From: Takakia lepidozioides
Lineage: Eukaryota; Plantae; Bryophyta
DNA: 64,000 nucleotides
Direction of reading: 5' to 3'
Assembly (NCBI GenBank): GCA_030704615.1
Contig: CM060734.1
Coordinates: 61,194,001-61,258,000, forward strand
Shown: positions 26,051-39,419 of the stretch, piece after piece
Layout: the number at the start of each line of letters is the position of its first letter
Position numbering within the stretch: position 1 is the stretch's first letter
The notes under the pieces: generated by a model
The model's database searches: none
What the model was told of the DNA's origin: nothing
What the model saw: the letters and a program-made list of their open reading frames with translations, nothing else
Program-made: the position numbers and the translations under genes

Positions 26051-26522
26051 CTAGGGTAGCTTGTCATCTAAGTCCAAGTACAATCCCCTATGTATCAAAG
26101 TCCGTCTCCTATGTCGAGGCCCAAATGCAACCCCCAGGGTAGCCTTTGCCGTTGGCCCAAGTGTCCAATGTCATCTAAGTAAGTTTTTTTTTCCACGGAG
26201 CCTACAACCAGATTTGGACCGGAGACCTTTGCCTTCATATCTCTCCTGCCGAGGCTCCAACCATTGTCCCAGGAATGCCCACTTTTGCTATTTATGTTAT
26301 TTTTCGTGAATTTCCAGCGACCCAAAGTACTCAAAATTCCACATCTCCCACACCGCGGGTCCAAACATCATGAGACCAAGCCGGTGCACCCCTCCTCATC
26401 GAGGGCTTTCCAACTGTACCAAGCACCAGCGCTGGGGCCTTGCGGTTTGGGACATCTCAATGCTACAAAACAAAACAAAACACAACCAAACAAACAAACA
26501 AACAAACAAACGCTTCATATAT
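26051..26522 (-). mobile_element. Non-autonomous Helitron-like element (same family as 17573-18048)
   Basis: Reverse-complement copy ending CTACCCTAG|T at 26051, with (TTTG)n near the 5' end. It abuts the duplication boundary at 26528. Confidence 0.8.
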
Positions 26523-26622
26523 CTGTGTCATGAAGTTTTGAAGTGATGAAGAAAAGAAGCATTTAGAAAGAAAGCACGAGTGAGAGTTTTGTGAGTTTGC
26601 ACATTTGTACCGAAGAGTCAAT

Positions 26623-29600
26623 TCAAATGGGTGGAACAAACATGTGGCCTAGACCTCAGAACTCACATGCAAATTCATCATCGTTCTTAGCTAGCATTCT
26701 CTTCAGGTCACAGACTACTTGGCGATTTGCAATCACTCTAGTTCTGGGGATAATCTTCTTCTCAAGGGAGTAGCTGAGATATCGGGGATATGTCACCACT
26801 TCATGAATTGGACGCCCCATGCCATCGACTAAGTAATCGAGCTTGGGTCTAAACACTGCCTCAATGTTGTAGCCGAGTGTAGGTGGGAAGTGACACACCA
26901 TGTACGCCACATCCCTTAACCCCTAAACGCCCGCAGGCCTCCGTTGACTTTTTACCAAAAAGCGGGGCCCGGCCAGAAAAACTAGCGTGATTTTTGAAAA
27001 AAAATGAATCTTGAAAAAGTGACCGGACAATATGAAGCCACCTACCCCAGGCAGGTCCTGCCCAATTTTGGAGCCAATCAGACAACTAGTGCGAAAACCC
27101 CACCGTTGCAAGTGGGGTCCATTTTTGGAAATTTGTGCAGCACAAAAAAACCAAAATGGAGATTTGTGGTCGGGATGGAAAAAAATCGGCCTGCTGTACC
27201 CGAAAACGTGGTGGCCGTCCAGCACGATTTAGGCACTCGATCTCGCATGGATCATCCTGATGCAGACACGCAGTGCACCCACCAAAAAAAACAAGAAAAG
27301 GCCAAAATCTGCTCCTGGCAGAACTATTTGTGTAAAAAAAACGACCAATTTTGGGCCGGCGGGCGTTTAGGGGTTAACTAACCTTGGTCGTAAAGAGGCC
27401 TCCACACTCATGGAAAGCATCTCGGGATACACATGTATCACCCGCCAGAAGCGATCACTGTGGACCCCCAACTCCCTCAGAAATTCCACCTTCCTTTCCA
27501 GCGTGCATTTGATATTAGACGCAAAGACCTCTGGTTATCTGCGCAACATGCTGCCCATGCGACTAGACTCCACCCCCATCTTCTCCAGAAAGCTCACCAT
27601 CTGCCTTGCCACAGTCAAGTAGCTCAGAACTGCTTCGAGTGGAACTATAAGAAAATCTCCCGGTTAAGATTTGAACCTCAAAGCTGGATTGTTCCCATCA
27701 AACACCATAAGAGCTATCCTCACCCCACCTTCAAAAAGGAAGTTGCTCCTCTTTACATCCATGACAAAACATCTCAGTAAACCTCAGTTGCTGAGTCTAT
27801 GCTAAATTATAAATTAGGCATTTGACTTTCCTCCTTTCTCTCCGAAGTAGTCTGGTGCATTCCATCATCCTTTCCTTCCTATCTTCCATGAGAGAAACAA
27901 GTCATTGCATTTGAGTTTACAAGACTGGGGGGTAGAATAGAAGGATGCTCACCTCATTGAATTCTTGAGGTGTCTGAAGAAGTTGTGGGCTGCAAGCTAT
28001 CACTTGACCTAGCCGCTTGCTCTTCACCCCCAAGTCATTTAGGCGATGCACCATCGGTTGCATTGTCCTAGTACTTGAACATCCAACCAACTGTGGGCAT
28101 CTTGTGATGGCTCGATCCACATCTCCACCTGGCACCTGGCACTTGGCACCACCCATCAGCAGACATATTGCAGACCTCCCACCTTTACCATCTCTTCACA
28201 TAATAGGTCTTTCCTATGTATGATTGCCAACCTACATGATGTCAATAACAAAGAGTGTGAGAGAGAGAAAGAGAGAGTTGGGGATAGTATCAACACCTTG
28301 ATAGAAAAGAGGAACTGGACGATTTCATCCACATTCGCCTGAACACTGCGGCTCAGAAGCCAGGGGTACCGGACCACCATCTTCCCCAGATCCCTTGCAC
28401 GTACGCCAACCTACAGCATGTGTCAAAGAATATGCTGTAGTTTGTGGGTAAAATCGCAAAGAAAGTGGCGCCATATCTCTCTTCAAGCACCAACTCCTGT
28501 CAGGCCGCAAGTAGGATACTCGGATTCCAACCTCAAGCAAAATATAACACAGACCTTCTTCAAGGTTCTGAGTCGTGGCTGTAGGTCTTTTTCAGTGTCG
28601 CACAATAAAACTGGTGGAAAGCAGAGGACCACCTGGCCCACACTTTCTTTCGGCACTCCTAAAGTCTCCAGATAAGAGACAGCAGAGCTCAGCTTCCAAA
28701 CTGCGGATAAAAATTTGTGGAAACTCCTCTATCACATGCTCAACAGCTTCCGCTCTTGTATCAAGAATAGCCAGACCTCCACGTTGGGCCTCCATCTAGA
28801 GAATTTGAAAGACAGTCCAGGTTAATTTCCTTTGGATGCAAGCATTTGACTGTTGTGAAATTTTTCTCGGCCATCTAGAGAAAGGAAGGACGCAGAACTC
28901 AGTTTCTCAATAAGTAAGGAGCCAGCATATAGGAGACAGACACCCCTTAGACCAGGCGATCCGTAGAAAGGACGACAATCACAGAGAGAGAACAAAAAAG
29001 AGGGAGACTAGACACATCTTTTCTCGCTCTCATTCATGTGTGCAACTTAAGTTCCCCAAAATCAGATGAAAACTCAAGCTACAATTCCATTTGGTTTTTC
29101 CAAGCTTCCTGTCCAGTATCAAAGATCATTAAGCGAGTTATTGCTAAGGTGCCAGTACATTGGGTCTGAGAGAGAAAGAATACTCCAGCCAAAGCCAGGT
29201 AAGGGCACTGACCTGGGCTCTTTATGGAAGTCCTTAGGTCTGACACTATGAAACCCTCCTGTGAACGCACTCCCACACCACTTCCGATTGCCTCAGAGCT
29301 GAAGCCCACTAGGTATGTCCACTTACTATCATTTGGAGGTTCCCATACATTCACCCCATCCCAAATGTTGGTGCAAAAGAAGCAGGGCGGGTGAAACCTT
29401 TTCGAAAAAAGAGAGGGTGCGCTGTAGGTGCGCTGTAGGTCCTCATCAAGAGGGACGGAGAGTCTCCTCATCATGTGATGCACTAGTCCTTCCACGGTCT
29501 TCGCGTTATCTTGTGTGTCTGCCATCGCATCCTCCAAAAACCTGACCTGCGCGTCCTCCAACACAAAATATAATTGTCCCACCAGCCTGTCGGCAACCAG

Positions 29601-30362
29601 CATCCCCCCATTGCATAAAGTTACAAGCACCCTACAACCTCGGTCTAATAACAACTGTTGTGCTACCCAACTTTTTTTTCATGTGTTTGAGCTCCACAAG
29701 TAAATGATGAACAGTCTGTGTCCACATGGCCAGAACGTCACCCACCTTCTCGAGGAACTCCGAAAGCGGAAGAGAGGATAGCGAGTGCGAGACTCGTGCC
29801 ATGTGCTGAACTCGCACACCCACGCTCTCCAATACAGCGCCCCAATTCTGCCTGTCTTTTCTTTGCGGACTGAGACGGCCAACGTTGTATGCTGGGCCTC
29901 TCGGGCGGCATCCAATGTGCCCCACCGCCGAAACTCCTATAATTCATACGTACCATCCAGCAGCTGTTGAACAAAGATGGGTGCCTTTGCAGACACATGC
30001 AGAGCCTCCTCCCGATCAAGGCCTGCTTCTACCAGCATATCTGCCACTGCAGCATGTGCTTCCTCTCGAGAACAACCCAAATTTGGTTCGGCATTACCCG
30101 CATCTAACATCTCTTCTGCTTTGTTGGGAAGCTTGCACGCCTTGACCAACGCTAGACGTATGACATTTTCTACCCTGTTCTGGTCCCCCCTCTGCTTTAA
30201 TAGCATGCAAAAATTCAGGTGTAGAGACTGCGTAGAGACCTCGTCGCACTGTACATGCGACAATAGCACATGCAGCGTTGTTTGAGCCAACATCTCGCTG
30301 CACTGCAAAGAAGGGGGCGCCTGCACCCAGGCTGAGGAGTGCACATGCAGTTGCCAACCCAT
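26623..30362 (-). pseudogene. MTERF8: mTERF8/pTAC15-like pseudogene, copy B
   Basis: Keeps the ATG and a transit-peptide-like N-terminus (30362). Has TAG at 29937, an 11-bp duplication frameshift at ~29417-29438, TGA in the last exon (26656), and an insertion plus deletion at 26916-27377. Confidence 0.82.
26920..27373. mobile_element. piggyBac-like non-autonomous element (454 bp)
   Basis: TTAA|CCCCTAAACGCCCGC ... GCGGGCGTTTAGGGG|TTAA: perfect 15-bp TIR (19/20 if extended) with TTAA on both sides (26916-19, 27374-77). Absent from paralog A. Confidence 0.8.
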
Positions 30363-31829
30363 TCTTGCCTAGAAGGAGTTGACAGAGGGCGAAAGGCCGC
30401 CCATCGCTACGAGATCACACGGGAGTCTTTGGAAACAATGCCCATCTTGCTGCACCCCCCACGCATGCCTAGCACCCAAGCGGGCATCTGCTATGCATCC
30501 CTTCTTATTTTCTTCGGATGAAGCTACCCAATTCAGAGTTTCATTTGTCTCCGAACCAAAATAAGAAAGAGATCGATCGTGTGGAAACATGTGATTTGAG
30601 CATCTCAATCAACAATTCCTTGCATGTCCACGGATGTTTCACGACCGTGTCTTCAATCAGCAGGTGCCTACATGGCTGGAGCTGGGGGATCGGGATAGAC
30701 TCTCACTCATGTGGTCGTTAAAAAAGTTCTTGTCCAAGCGTACAAGGAGCGGAAGCAGTGAGGCTCTTGGCGCTAACTCATATCTCTGTTTGGGTTGGCG
30801 GGCAGGGGATCTCCAGAACAAGTAGAACCCACAGCTTCAGTGCTGGGTGTTGGGGGTAATGACTAATGACGCAGGGTCTTTGTCAGCTTGCGATGCTCCT
30901 ACTTCAGGGCAAGGGTACCTATTGTGCTGTAAATATTTCGAGTTTTAAGTTATGGTGTGCGTGCTGTTTGTGAAATGAGCTACGCTTGGGCTTGAGAGTT
31001 GAGAGCTACCCTCCCGGTGCACACTGCACACATGGAGGCTGGCTTCTCTGAATGAATTTTAGAGTAAGGTATTGCTCCCTATACTGGACCTGCTTGTGCG
31101 CTTTGTGTCAACATTTGAAGCCCGGTCGATCCTTTGCTATATTACCAAGTTTGTACAAGTATTCGACCCCAGAATTGCAGTGTCTTGAGCTCCATGAAGC
31201 CAGTGAAAACTGGTCTCTAAATTGTCGCTTCTAGTAACAAATCTCGTCCCATACACTCGTGCAAATTGCTGCCCCAAATTCACTTCATCTCTTCAGACTG
31301 AAATCTTTCAAACTTCACACACCACTAGGAACATTTTTCTAGCATGTCAAGTACTAAAGCCCAACCCTAAGCCAAGCTTCTTCCCGGCCACACCAACAAA
31401 GATAGAAGGATGCCAGACCAACTTCTAGACTTAAGTGGAAGAACAAGTTGCATATAGCAATAAAAGATTTAATAGTTTATCTTTATATTTTAATCATTTT
31501 TTAGTTTTTTTAGTATTCATCTTTTTAGTCATAACCTAAATTAGAATCATTAAAATTTATATTACTGTACGAATTAAATCAACACATATTTACTATTAAA
31601 AATAATAAAAGTTATTCAAATTTTAACTTCTATACAACCACTCACTTGTAACTACACAATGCTCTTAAACATGTAACAATCAGGTATATTATATATATAT
31701 ATATATATATTCAAAAATCTATCCCACAACATTCAGTCTCACTTTCATTTTCTAAACATCTAAAGATCGGACATGAACAATCTGATTCTAAGTTGCTTCT
31801 GTTATTTGTTTACGTTTCTTTGTTCTTTA

Positions 31830-32470
31830 GAACTGTCTCTTAATTCTTCTCAATAGCCTTCATTTGTTTTTTTCTTTCATTTTCTGTTCTTTGATTATGT
31901 TTCTTTATTATCTCTGTTCTTTGTATTCCTGTGTGAGTTGTCAACGGAATAGAACTTTCTATTCATTCTCTCTATTTCTTTTTTTTTTCTTTCATCTTTG
32001 TTTGTGTTTCTTCTTTGCTTTTATTGTTTGTTTATGTTGCTTTCTTCTTTCGGTTCTGTGGCAAAATAAACTGTCTCCTAATTCTAATTCTGAGTAGACT
32101 TCATTTGTTTTTTTCCTTCGTTTTTTGTTCTTTGTTTATGTTTCTTTCCGATCTCTATTCTTTGTATTTTTGTGTGAGTTATACAACAAAATATAACTTT
32201 TTATTCTTTCTTTCTTTTTGTTCTTTCTCTTTCGTTTTGTTTCTTTCATCTTTGTTTGTCTTTCTTCTTTGCTTCTGTTGTTTGTTTATGTTGCTTTGTT
32301 CTTTCGGTTCTGTGGTAAAATAGAACCGTCTCCTAATTCTTCTGAGTAGCCTTCATTTGTTTTTTTCTTTCACTTTCTGTCTTTGTTTATGTTTCTTTCT
32401 TATCTCTATTCTTTGTATTTCTGTATGAGTTGCTCAGCGGAATAGAACTTTCCCTTCTTTCTTTCTGTTC
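31830..32470. repeat. T-rich tandem repeat, ~250-bp unit, about 2.5 copies
   Basis: TAGCCTTCATTTGTTTTTT...TTCTTTGTATT...GAGTT...GGAATAGAACTTT recurs at ~31855, ~32095 and ~32347. Confidence 0.75.
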
Positions 32471-34972
32471 ATTTTTTCTCTTCGTTCTTTCTCTTTTGTT
32501 TTGTTTTGTTTTGTTTTTTCTTCTTCTAATATATCAAACACTCTATCAGATAATTACCAAAAACACTATCTTATATTTCCAAGAAATCATCAAAATTCAT
32601 TACATTGTGATTATGCCATTTGAATGTTACATCATAATCTATAGTATATATGATATTCAAGCATGATATCAATATAGTATATACAACTTAGAGATTATAA
32701 ATATTTAAATATAATCAGAATTATATATGTATAGTATAAATAAGTATATAAAAAATTATATTATATTAAGTAAATAAGTTTAATAATAAATAGATGTATT
32801 TTAAAATCTAGCTATAACCTAACGACGTCACTATATAAATCAACTATCATTCTATCCATCAACCAGTCAATTATCATTCCATCCATTATCATAAATCAAT
32901 CATTATCAGTTACTATCATGTGTTATTTTTATTTACTACATAATTATTTATTCATATCACTTTATATCTTATCATTTCATTTTCATATTTCAAATTTAAA
33001 AATCTTAAGCTTTTATATTATTTCTATAAATGAACATACTAAAATATTTATTTAAAAAAACTAAAATCTATCATATATCTATTTATTTAAACATAATAAT
33101 GTATATTATATATTATAAGAATAAATATATTATCAATTTATATCATGCTTTCAATGTCAGATTTCATCATTCCAATTTAAATCTAATCAGTCAAATTATC
33201 TATCAAATTACATCTCAAAAAATTCAAATATTTCAAATACAATATTTATATTAACGAATTTATTTATAAAAAAATAGATATACAATAATATAATATTTAT
33301 TAAATACTTAGAATATAAATCAATATATAATATAATATGTAATGTATAATATTATATTCTATCATGTTCTCAACCTCAGATTTCATCATTTCAATAAATC
33401 CAAAATCCATTCAATCAATTGTTTATCATATTACATTCCAAAACTCCAATTTATTTAACCTTTATGGTTAATCTTAAAGGCCTTTCGAATCCCTATAACA
33501 AAAATGAAGTTATTGTGAATATCAAAGCTGCAACAAGGAATGTCGCAAGGATGTCTTGGCGCGGGGTCAATGGCCACAAGGCTACAGCAAACCACGTCTT
33601 ATGAGAACATTCTTTGCAGAGCATACCTGCCAGATTGAAGAAAAAAATTGATCTCAAAAAACCATTTAAAAAGTTGTTCTGACTCCTGTGCGTCAAAATC
33701 TTATAATTGCAGTTCATTGTCAAGAATGTGAGCTTACAGCCGTAAGCACCGGCATTTGAACTCTATACTTCGGAGCCAATGCAATGACCACCTGCTCTGG
33801 CAACACCCTCCCCTGCTCGACTCATGGAGGACAAAATGTCTTCAAGTTTTTTACCTGACCCATGTTTGACCCCCACAGCTCCATTCCTTGACAATCTCAC
33901 AAAAAAAATAAGCATAATGTCCCCAGATCGAGAAAGATTGAGAAATGCCTAGCAGGGTTGTAGATTTTGCACCCATATTTTCTGCCAACCATCTAATTTC
34001 TGAGTAGCCCTGACCAACAAGAGCCGCCATGCAATTGCTCCCAAGCTTCATTTTTCTTCTTGGTCATGGTTGACTCTTGAGGGCGTTTGGCACCCTTTGG
34101 AATTTAACTCTTTTTTCCTCCTTAAATAATCTAATTATTAACAATATATTTAAAAAGTGACATTTTGGCTAAAATATATTAGGGTTTAGCCAAAACTTGT
34201 CAACGTGGCCTTCTGTCTTGCTGAGAAAGAAAAACTTGGCACTAGCTGGCATCAAGCGTGGGTGATGATCTGCGAGGCCTTGTAAACAATGTTTTTTTCC
34301 AAATTTGGAAAATAACAGGAGTGGCTACTGAGTTTTGCGGGAAATAGCCATGTTTTCTGTTCATCCACTGAAATTTGGACAGAATCATTTTGTTGGAGAA
34401 TTTTGGCGATTTCATCCATGAGAAAATAGGGAATTTACGACAGAATATTCGATTTGTTTTGTGAGGTCGAAAAAGTGCGAAATTTCGCCAGAAATAAAAA
34501 CACTGGTTGCAAGCGAGGAAGAGCGACGTGCGACAGAAATGGGGTCATGGGCCATGGCCTGCCCGCGCAGACATGCCCATGTCGCACGCACCACGACGGC
34601 CCACCCGTCCCATCCATATTTCACGCTATTTCATCCTTGTTTTCGTCCATTACCACTCACTTCACTGTGGATATACGAACAACATTCATCCAAGACAAAA
34701 GGAAACGGATGGAAAGGAAGCGCGGGTGATGCTATTATTAGAGCGCGGGCTGCCACAGCGATCGCACGCGCTGCCTCGCTTCGCAGATCTTTCGTGTGCA
34801 CCTCGTTTCTTGCGAAGCTCTGCGCTTCTTGATCTGCTTGGCACTCGTTTTCGATCGGCTCAGGAGCTCTGCTGTTTAATTTGCAGGGGCTAACTTAGTT
34901 ACCTGGACGCGCAAGGTGTTGTGAGGTGAGATAGAGGGAAGGCGTGTGAGAGATCTAAGGTAGTTTGTCAAG

Positions 34973-36415
34973 ATGGTGAAAATCTGCTGCATTGGAGCGG
35001 GGTACGTCGGAGGGCCGACCATGGCCATGATTGCTCTGAAATGTTCAGAGATTGAAGTGGTGGTGGTGGATATTTCCAAGCCAAGGATCGCTGCGTGGAA
35101 CAGTGACGAGCTTCCCATCTATGAGCCCGGGCTTGACGAGGTGGTGAAGCAATGCCGAGGGAAGAATCTGTTCTTCAGCACCGATGTGGAGAAGCACGTA
35201 GCGGAGGCTGACATTGTGTTTGTTTCGGTGAACACGCCTACCAAGACCAGGGGTCTTGGAGCTGGAAAGGCAGCCGATCTCACGTACTGGGAGAGCGCGG
35301 CTCGGATGATTGCCGATGTGTCGAAGTCGGACAAGATTGTGGTGGAAAAGTCGACTGTGCCGGTCAAAACCGCGGAGGCCATTGAGAAGATCCTGACACA
35401 CAACAACAAGGGTATCAATTTTCAGATTCTTTCTAACCCTGAGTTTCTTGCAGAGGGAACGGCGATTGAGGATCTGACGAAGCCCGACCGCGTGTTGATC
35501 GGAGGACGGCAGACTCCCGGAGGACAGAAAGCCGTAGAGGCTTTGAAGGCAGTGTACGCGCACTGGGTACCTGAAGACCGAATTCTCACAACCAATTTGT
35601 GGTCCGCTGAGCTGTCCAAGTTGGCAGCAAATGCATTTTTGGCACAGAGGATCTCTTCCATCAATGCCATGTCTGCACTCTGTGAATCCACTGGTGCTGA
35701 TGTGTCGGAGGTGGCCTATGCTGTCGGGAAAGACTCACGCATCGGGCCCAAGTTCTTGAATGCCAGTGTGGGATTTGGTGGATCTTGCTTTCAGAAGGAC
35801 ATATTGAACTTGGTGTACATATGTGAGTGCAATGGCCTCCCCGAGGTTGCACATTACTGGAAGCAGGTGGTGCAGATTAACGACTATCAGAAGACTCGCT
35901 TCGTGAAGCGCGTGGTCTCCTCCATGTTCAATACCGTGTCAGGAAAGAAGATCGCCATTCTTGGCTTTGCGTTCAAGAAGGATACCGGTGATACCAGGGA
36001 AACTCCAGCGATTGATGTTTGTCACGGACTTCTTGGAGACAGGGCTCTTCTCAATATCTACGACCCTCAGGTGACTGAAGATCAAATCAAACGGGATCTG
36101 GCCATGAATAAATTCGACTGGGACCATCCTCAGCACTTGCTGCCCCAGAGTCCTACTGCGTTCAAGCAGGTCAGTGTGGTGTGGGATGCTTACGTGGCAA
36201 CCAAGGATGCGCATGCCATCTGCGTGATCACAGAGTGGGATGAGTTCAAGAAGTTAGACTATCAGCGAATCTATGACAACATGCAGAAGCCAGCTTTCAT
36301 CTTCGATGGCCGCAATGTGCTTGATGTGGAGGCGCTCAGGAAGATTGGCTTTGTAGTTTACTCAATTGGAAAGCCTCTTGATCCCTGGGTGAAGGATCTA
36401 CAAGTTTCTATCTGA
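34973..36415 (+). CDS. UGD: UDP-glucose 6-dehydrogenase (480 aa, intronless CDS)
   Basis: [16 protein letters not shown] Rossmann motif, [16 protein letters not shown], catalytic [20 protein letters not shown]. Full length, no lesions. Confidence 0.99.
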   Translation: MVKICCIGAGYVGGPTMAMIALKCSEIEVVVVDISKPRIAAWNSDELPIYEPGLDEVVKQCRGKNLFFSTDVEKHVAEADIVFVSVNTPTKTRGLGAGKAADLTYWESAARMIADVSKSDKIVVEKSTVPVKTAEAIEKILTHNNKGINFQILSNPEFLAEGTAIEDLTKPDRVLIGGRQTPGGQKAVEALKAVYAHWVPEDRILTTNLWSAELSKLAANAFLAQRISSINAMSALCESTGADVSEVAYAVGKDSRIGPKFLNASVGFGGSCFQKDILNLVYICECNGLPEVAHYWKQVVQINDYQKTRFVKRVVSSMFNTVSGKKIAILGFAFKKDTGDTRETPAIDVCHGLLGDRALLNIYDPQVTEDQIKRDLAMNKFDWDHPQHLLPQSPTAFKQVSVVWDAYVATKDAHAICVITEWDEFKKLDYQRIYDNMQKPAFIFDGRNVLDVEALRKIGFVVYSIGKPLDPWVKDLQVSI

Positions 36416-37254
36416 GAACATCTTTGTCCTTGCCTTTACTCTTCATTCTTTTTCTTGCTGATGAGGTATATTTCCTTAGTCAAGAAGCATTGACATTCTT
36501 CTTATAGCTTCTCTCAAGTTGATTGCAGCCACAATTTTGACAGCATCCAATTTGGGTTGACGCACCATGGTTTTGAAAGATCCCCCGTTTGAGATTCTTC
36601 TACATGTAGTGTCCTTCTGTTAGGTAAGCAATAGGAAAATAGAACGCTCTGGCAGCACATATAAATTTTACAATTCTATGTATGGAAGCCTCTCTAGGCA
36701 CACAGACTGCATTTTCTATTGCAGATTTATGCATATTACTATGGATCACTCCTTTGGATTATTGGTGTCCTACTCCTTGTTTGGAAAGTTGCTTGCCTCT
36801 CCTGTCTTTTAAGTGATAAGAAACCTTCCTATTTGTATTCTCCAATCTCATGCCGATGCTGTTTCGCAAGGTATATTCCTTTGACTGCTTAAGCCCACTT
36901 TTCATGGACTATTCCACAATCTTGCAGTTAAGCTTGTGGTGTGTGGACCACAGACTAGAAAGGTGATGCCCATGTCGGTGTTTGGCATTGAAGGAGGCAG
37001 CAAGGCTGCATGGTTCTGTGCTGTTACAGAGTGCCTTGTTGCCCCTGTGATAGTGCTTTGTGTCGTTGCACATGTCAAATGATTGTAAAGCATACATTAT
37101 TATCTGAAGGCTTGTCATGTGAATAGATGGATGAGGGTTGTTGATTTGGATTAGGGCCAAGTCCTTTAGATTCAGATGCAGTGCATCCTGGCACTGGATG
37201 ATTTACTAGACTGTGTGCTTGGACAAAGTTGATCTCTGAAAGGGGTGGGTGTTT

Positions 37255-38130
37255 AGATGATCCGCTGCATGCCCTGCGACAACCAAGCCACGTTCTGCAA
37301 AGCTGGGATCCTACACTTGTCAACCCCTGCACCTGGTTCCACATCACCTGCAATCCTTCAAACTTTGTGATCCGACTGTAAGGCTGCCATACTTGAAGTT
37401 TGCTTTAGAGCCAATGCTTGCTTAGAGTTTAGTGTTGAAGTGGCCTCCGGTTTCGCAAGGTTAGGTTGGATGCAACTAGTATCTTTTTTTGTCAAATAAG
37501 ATTCAGTTTTGCATCTTCCTAGACTGAGGTCAATGCTTCCCCATGCTGGACCGTGCAAAGTACAGAGTACAGTTTAAGAACCCATGTTCCTCAAGGATCT
37601 GCAGAGGCCAAGCTGAATACGAGTTTGATTCAATCATAGTTATCTGTATTGTGTATATGATATTCACATGATACTCAATCCTGCACAGTAGCTTCCTATG
37701 TCACTGCGTTGCTGCAGAGCTGCAGGCGCCAGGTTGGGGGAGCATCCTAACCAAGTGCAATTTTAGGCACCACATCTCTAGGACCAAGACATTGCGGTAC
37801 CTTAGGGGCTTCCTTCAAAACGGTCATGAGTTTCTAGCATGGATGCTTATTATTGGAGTTCTCTGATGTGGAAAGGGCATGTCGGCTGCAGAGATCCAGG
37901 AAACGCCGGTTTGTCGGGTAGCTTAGTGCCCGACCTTGGCAATCTTGCCTGAATGTCCGTTTCTTGGCTGGTTGTGGTGAGTTGATAACGAGTATGGTTC
38001 GCACATAGTATTTTTTAAGGTGTGAATTATCCTCATGCTGAGTTTATGATGGGTGGGTTCAAAATGGGTGAATGTTAATGTCAACAGTTTTCAAGGGAAC
38101 ACAAATCTGTGTGGAACAGTAATCCCATGT
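37255..38130 (+). pseudogene. SERK/LRR-II-type LRR ectodomain remnant
   Basis: Exon fragments [20 protein letters not shown] (~37295-37355), DPGNAGLSGSLVPDLGNL* (~37893-37952) and SFQGNTNLCG (~38086-38115). Intervening LRR exons and the kinase are absent. Confidence 0.8.
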
Positions 38131-39142
38131 CTCTCTATTGTCCCACTCATGCTGAGTCAGAAGATAGAAGGCAGATTGTGGTACTTTGATGGAGTATCCA
38201 CAAGTGTCTACTTCACATGTCCTAGTTTACTTTGTCCATGGAAATTCAAGTGACAGCATCCTTGAGTATTTGTGTCCACTGCAATGAGAGATTCAAAACA
38301 ATGGAGCCATCATGTATCTGTCATTAGGTACTCTTTGAGACATGCAAACTGTTGTTCCATCTTGTGAGGATGGGATCTTGGGGACTGCCACCCATCTGAT
38401 GATGAGGCAGAAGCCACCTAGGCTCAACCTTGAACTAGAGGTTGAGTTTTAGGCATTTGAGCCCCATCATCCATGCCTCATTTTCTGAATCTGCAGTGTG
38501 GTAAAGCACATGCAAGTTTAACTAAGTCATGCAGCTCTCCAAACTTGATCTCATCTAAGGGGGGGGAATAATAGGAATAGTGTTAGCAAGGGCGCAACCC
38601 CGCTATTAGAATGCTAATGGTTATTGTCTGGCAGTGAGTAGTATGCTGGTAAGGCAAAGGTGATGGTTGCTGTGTGGTATATCTTGCTGGATTGCCATGT
38701 CAACCTCGTCCATGTCATCTCGATGATGTCACCCTGTCCCATGTCACTTCCTTTCTATACTTGGTCAAAATTCGGGACACCAAGTGGGAGTTATAATCAA
38801 TTGGAGTGATACTCCTCCCTTGTTGCCCTGATGATGTCACCCAATCTACGCCCCTCTCCAGGGGGGTGGGGAAGATTTGATAGGTCAGTGTCCATTTACC
38901 ATGCTATCAGAATTGACATTAACTTTTAACATTATTACTATTCTTCTCTGTTATTGGGCAATTTTATCTTTAGGAAACACCATGTACCCAATTGATTAGC
39001 TTGGAGTAGGATAGAAGCCCCTTCATGGTGCATGTCCCAATTGCGGTGCACCAATGTACCCCTATGGAGCATCCATTTTTGGAAGGTGTCAGGGACTTAC
39101 TTTTAGGTTGGGTGCACCTCGTGGTTGTGCCTCATTCTAGCA

Positions 39143-39399
39143 GAGAGAGAAGACTCCGGCCGAAACCGCCATAACTAAGAGCCACTTCGCCTCACGGCCG
39201 CTGTCCCCTTTCGGATGTGGGCACCCCTATGCTGAGTGCAGGCTACGCTTGCAAGTGTCTGGGGGACACCGGGTGGGTAGGGAGTAGAGGCACCTAGGTA
39301 CTGAGGGACGGTTGGATTCAAGTTGCAGCTTGTTAGTAATAATTATAGTTGTGAGGGAGCGAAGCGTCGTGAGGTGAATGGCCTTGAAGCATTTATGGA
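39143..39399 (-). mobile_element. 5'-truncated non-LTR retroelement (257 bp) with a 12-bp TSD
   Basis: Flanked by CTCATTCTAGCA (39131-39142 and 39400-39411). Ends in TTCTCTCTC on the minus strand. 3' end is homologous to 43194-43243. Confidence 0.75.
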
Positions 39400-39419
39400 C
39401 TCATTCTAGCATGTACCTA

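Larger units (their letters stand above)
16248..30663. repeat. Direct tandem segmental duplication: 16248-20285 vs 26528-30663
   Basis: Near-identical exons and introns from TCATGAAGTTTTGAAG to AATCAGCAG in both copies. Confidence 0.95.

Noticed and set aside
31864-33254. F/L/I-rich short ORFs (also 24191-24700)
   Set aside because: Translations of T-rich or AT-rich low-complexity repeats.
5803-36415. Arabinogalactan/glycopeptide gene cluster (HPGT + secreted peptide + UGD)
   Set aside because: The genes are far apart and separated by unrelated loci; nothing in the sequence supports co-regulation.
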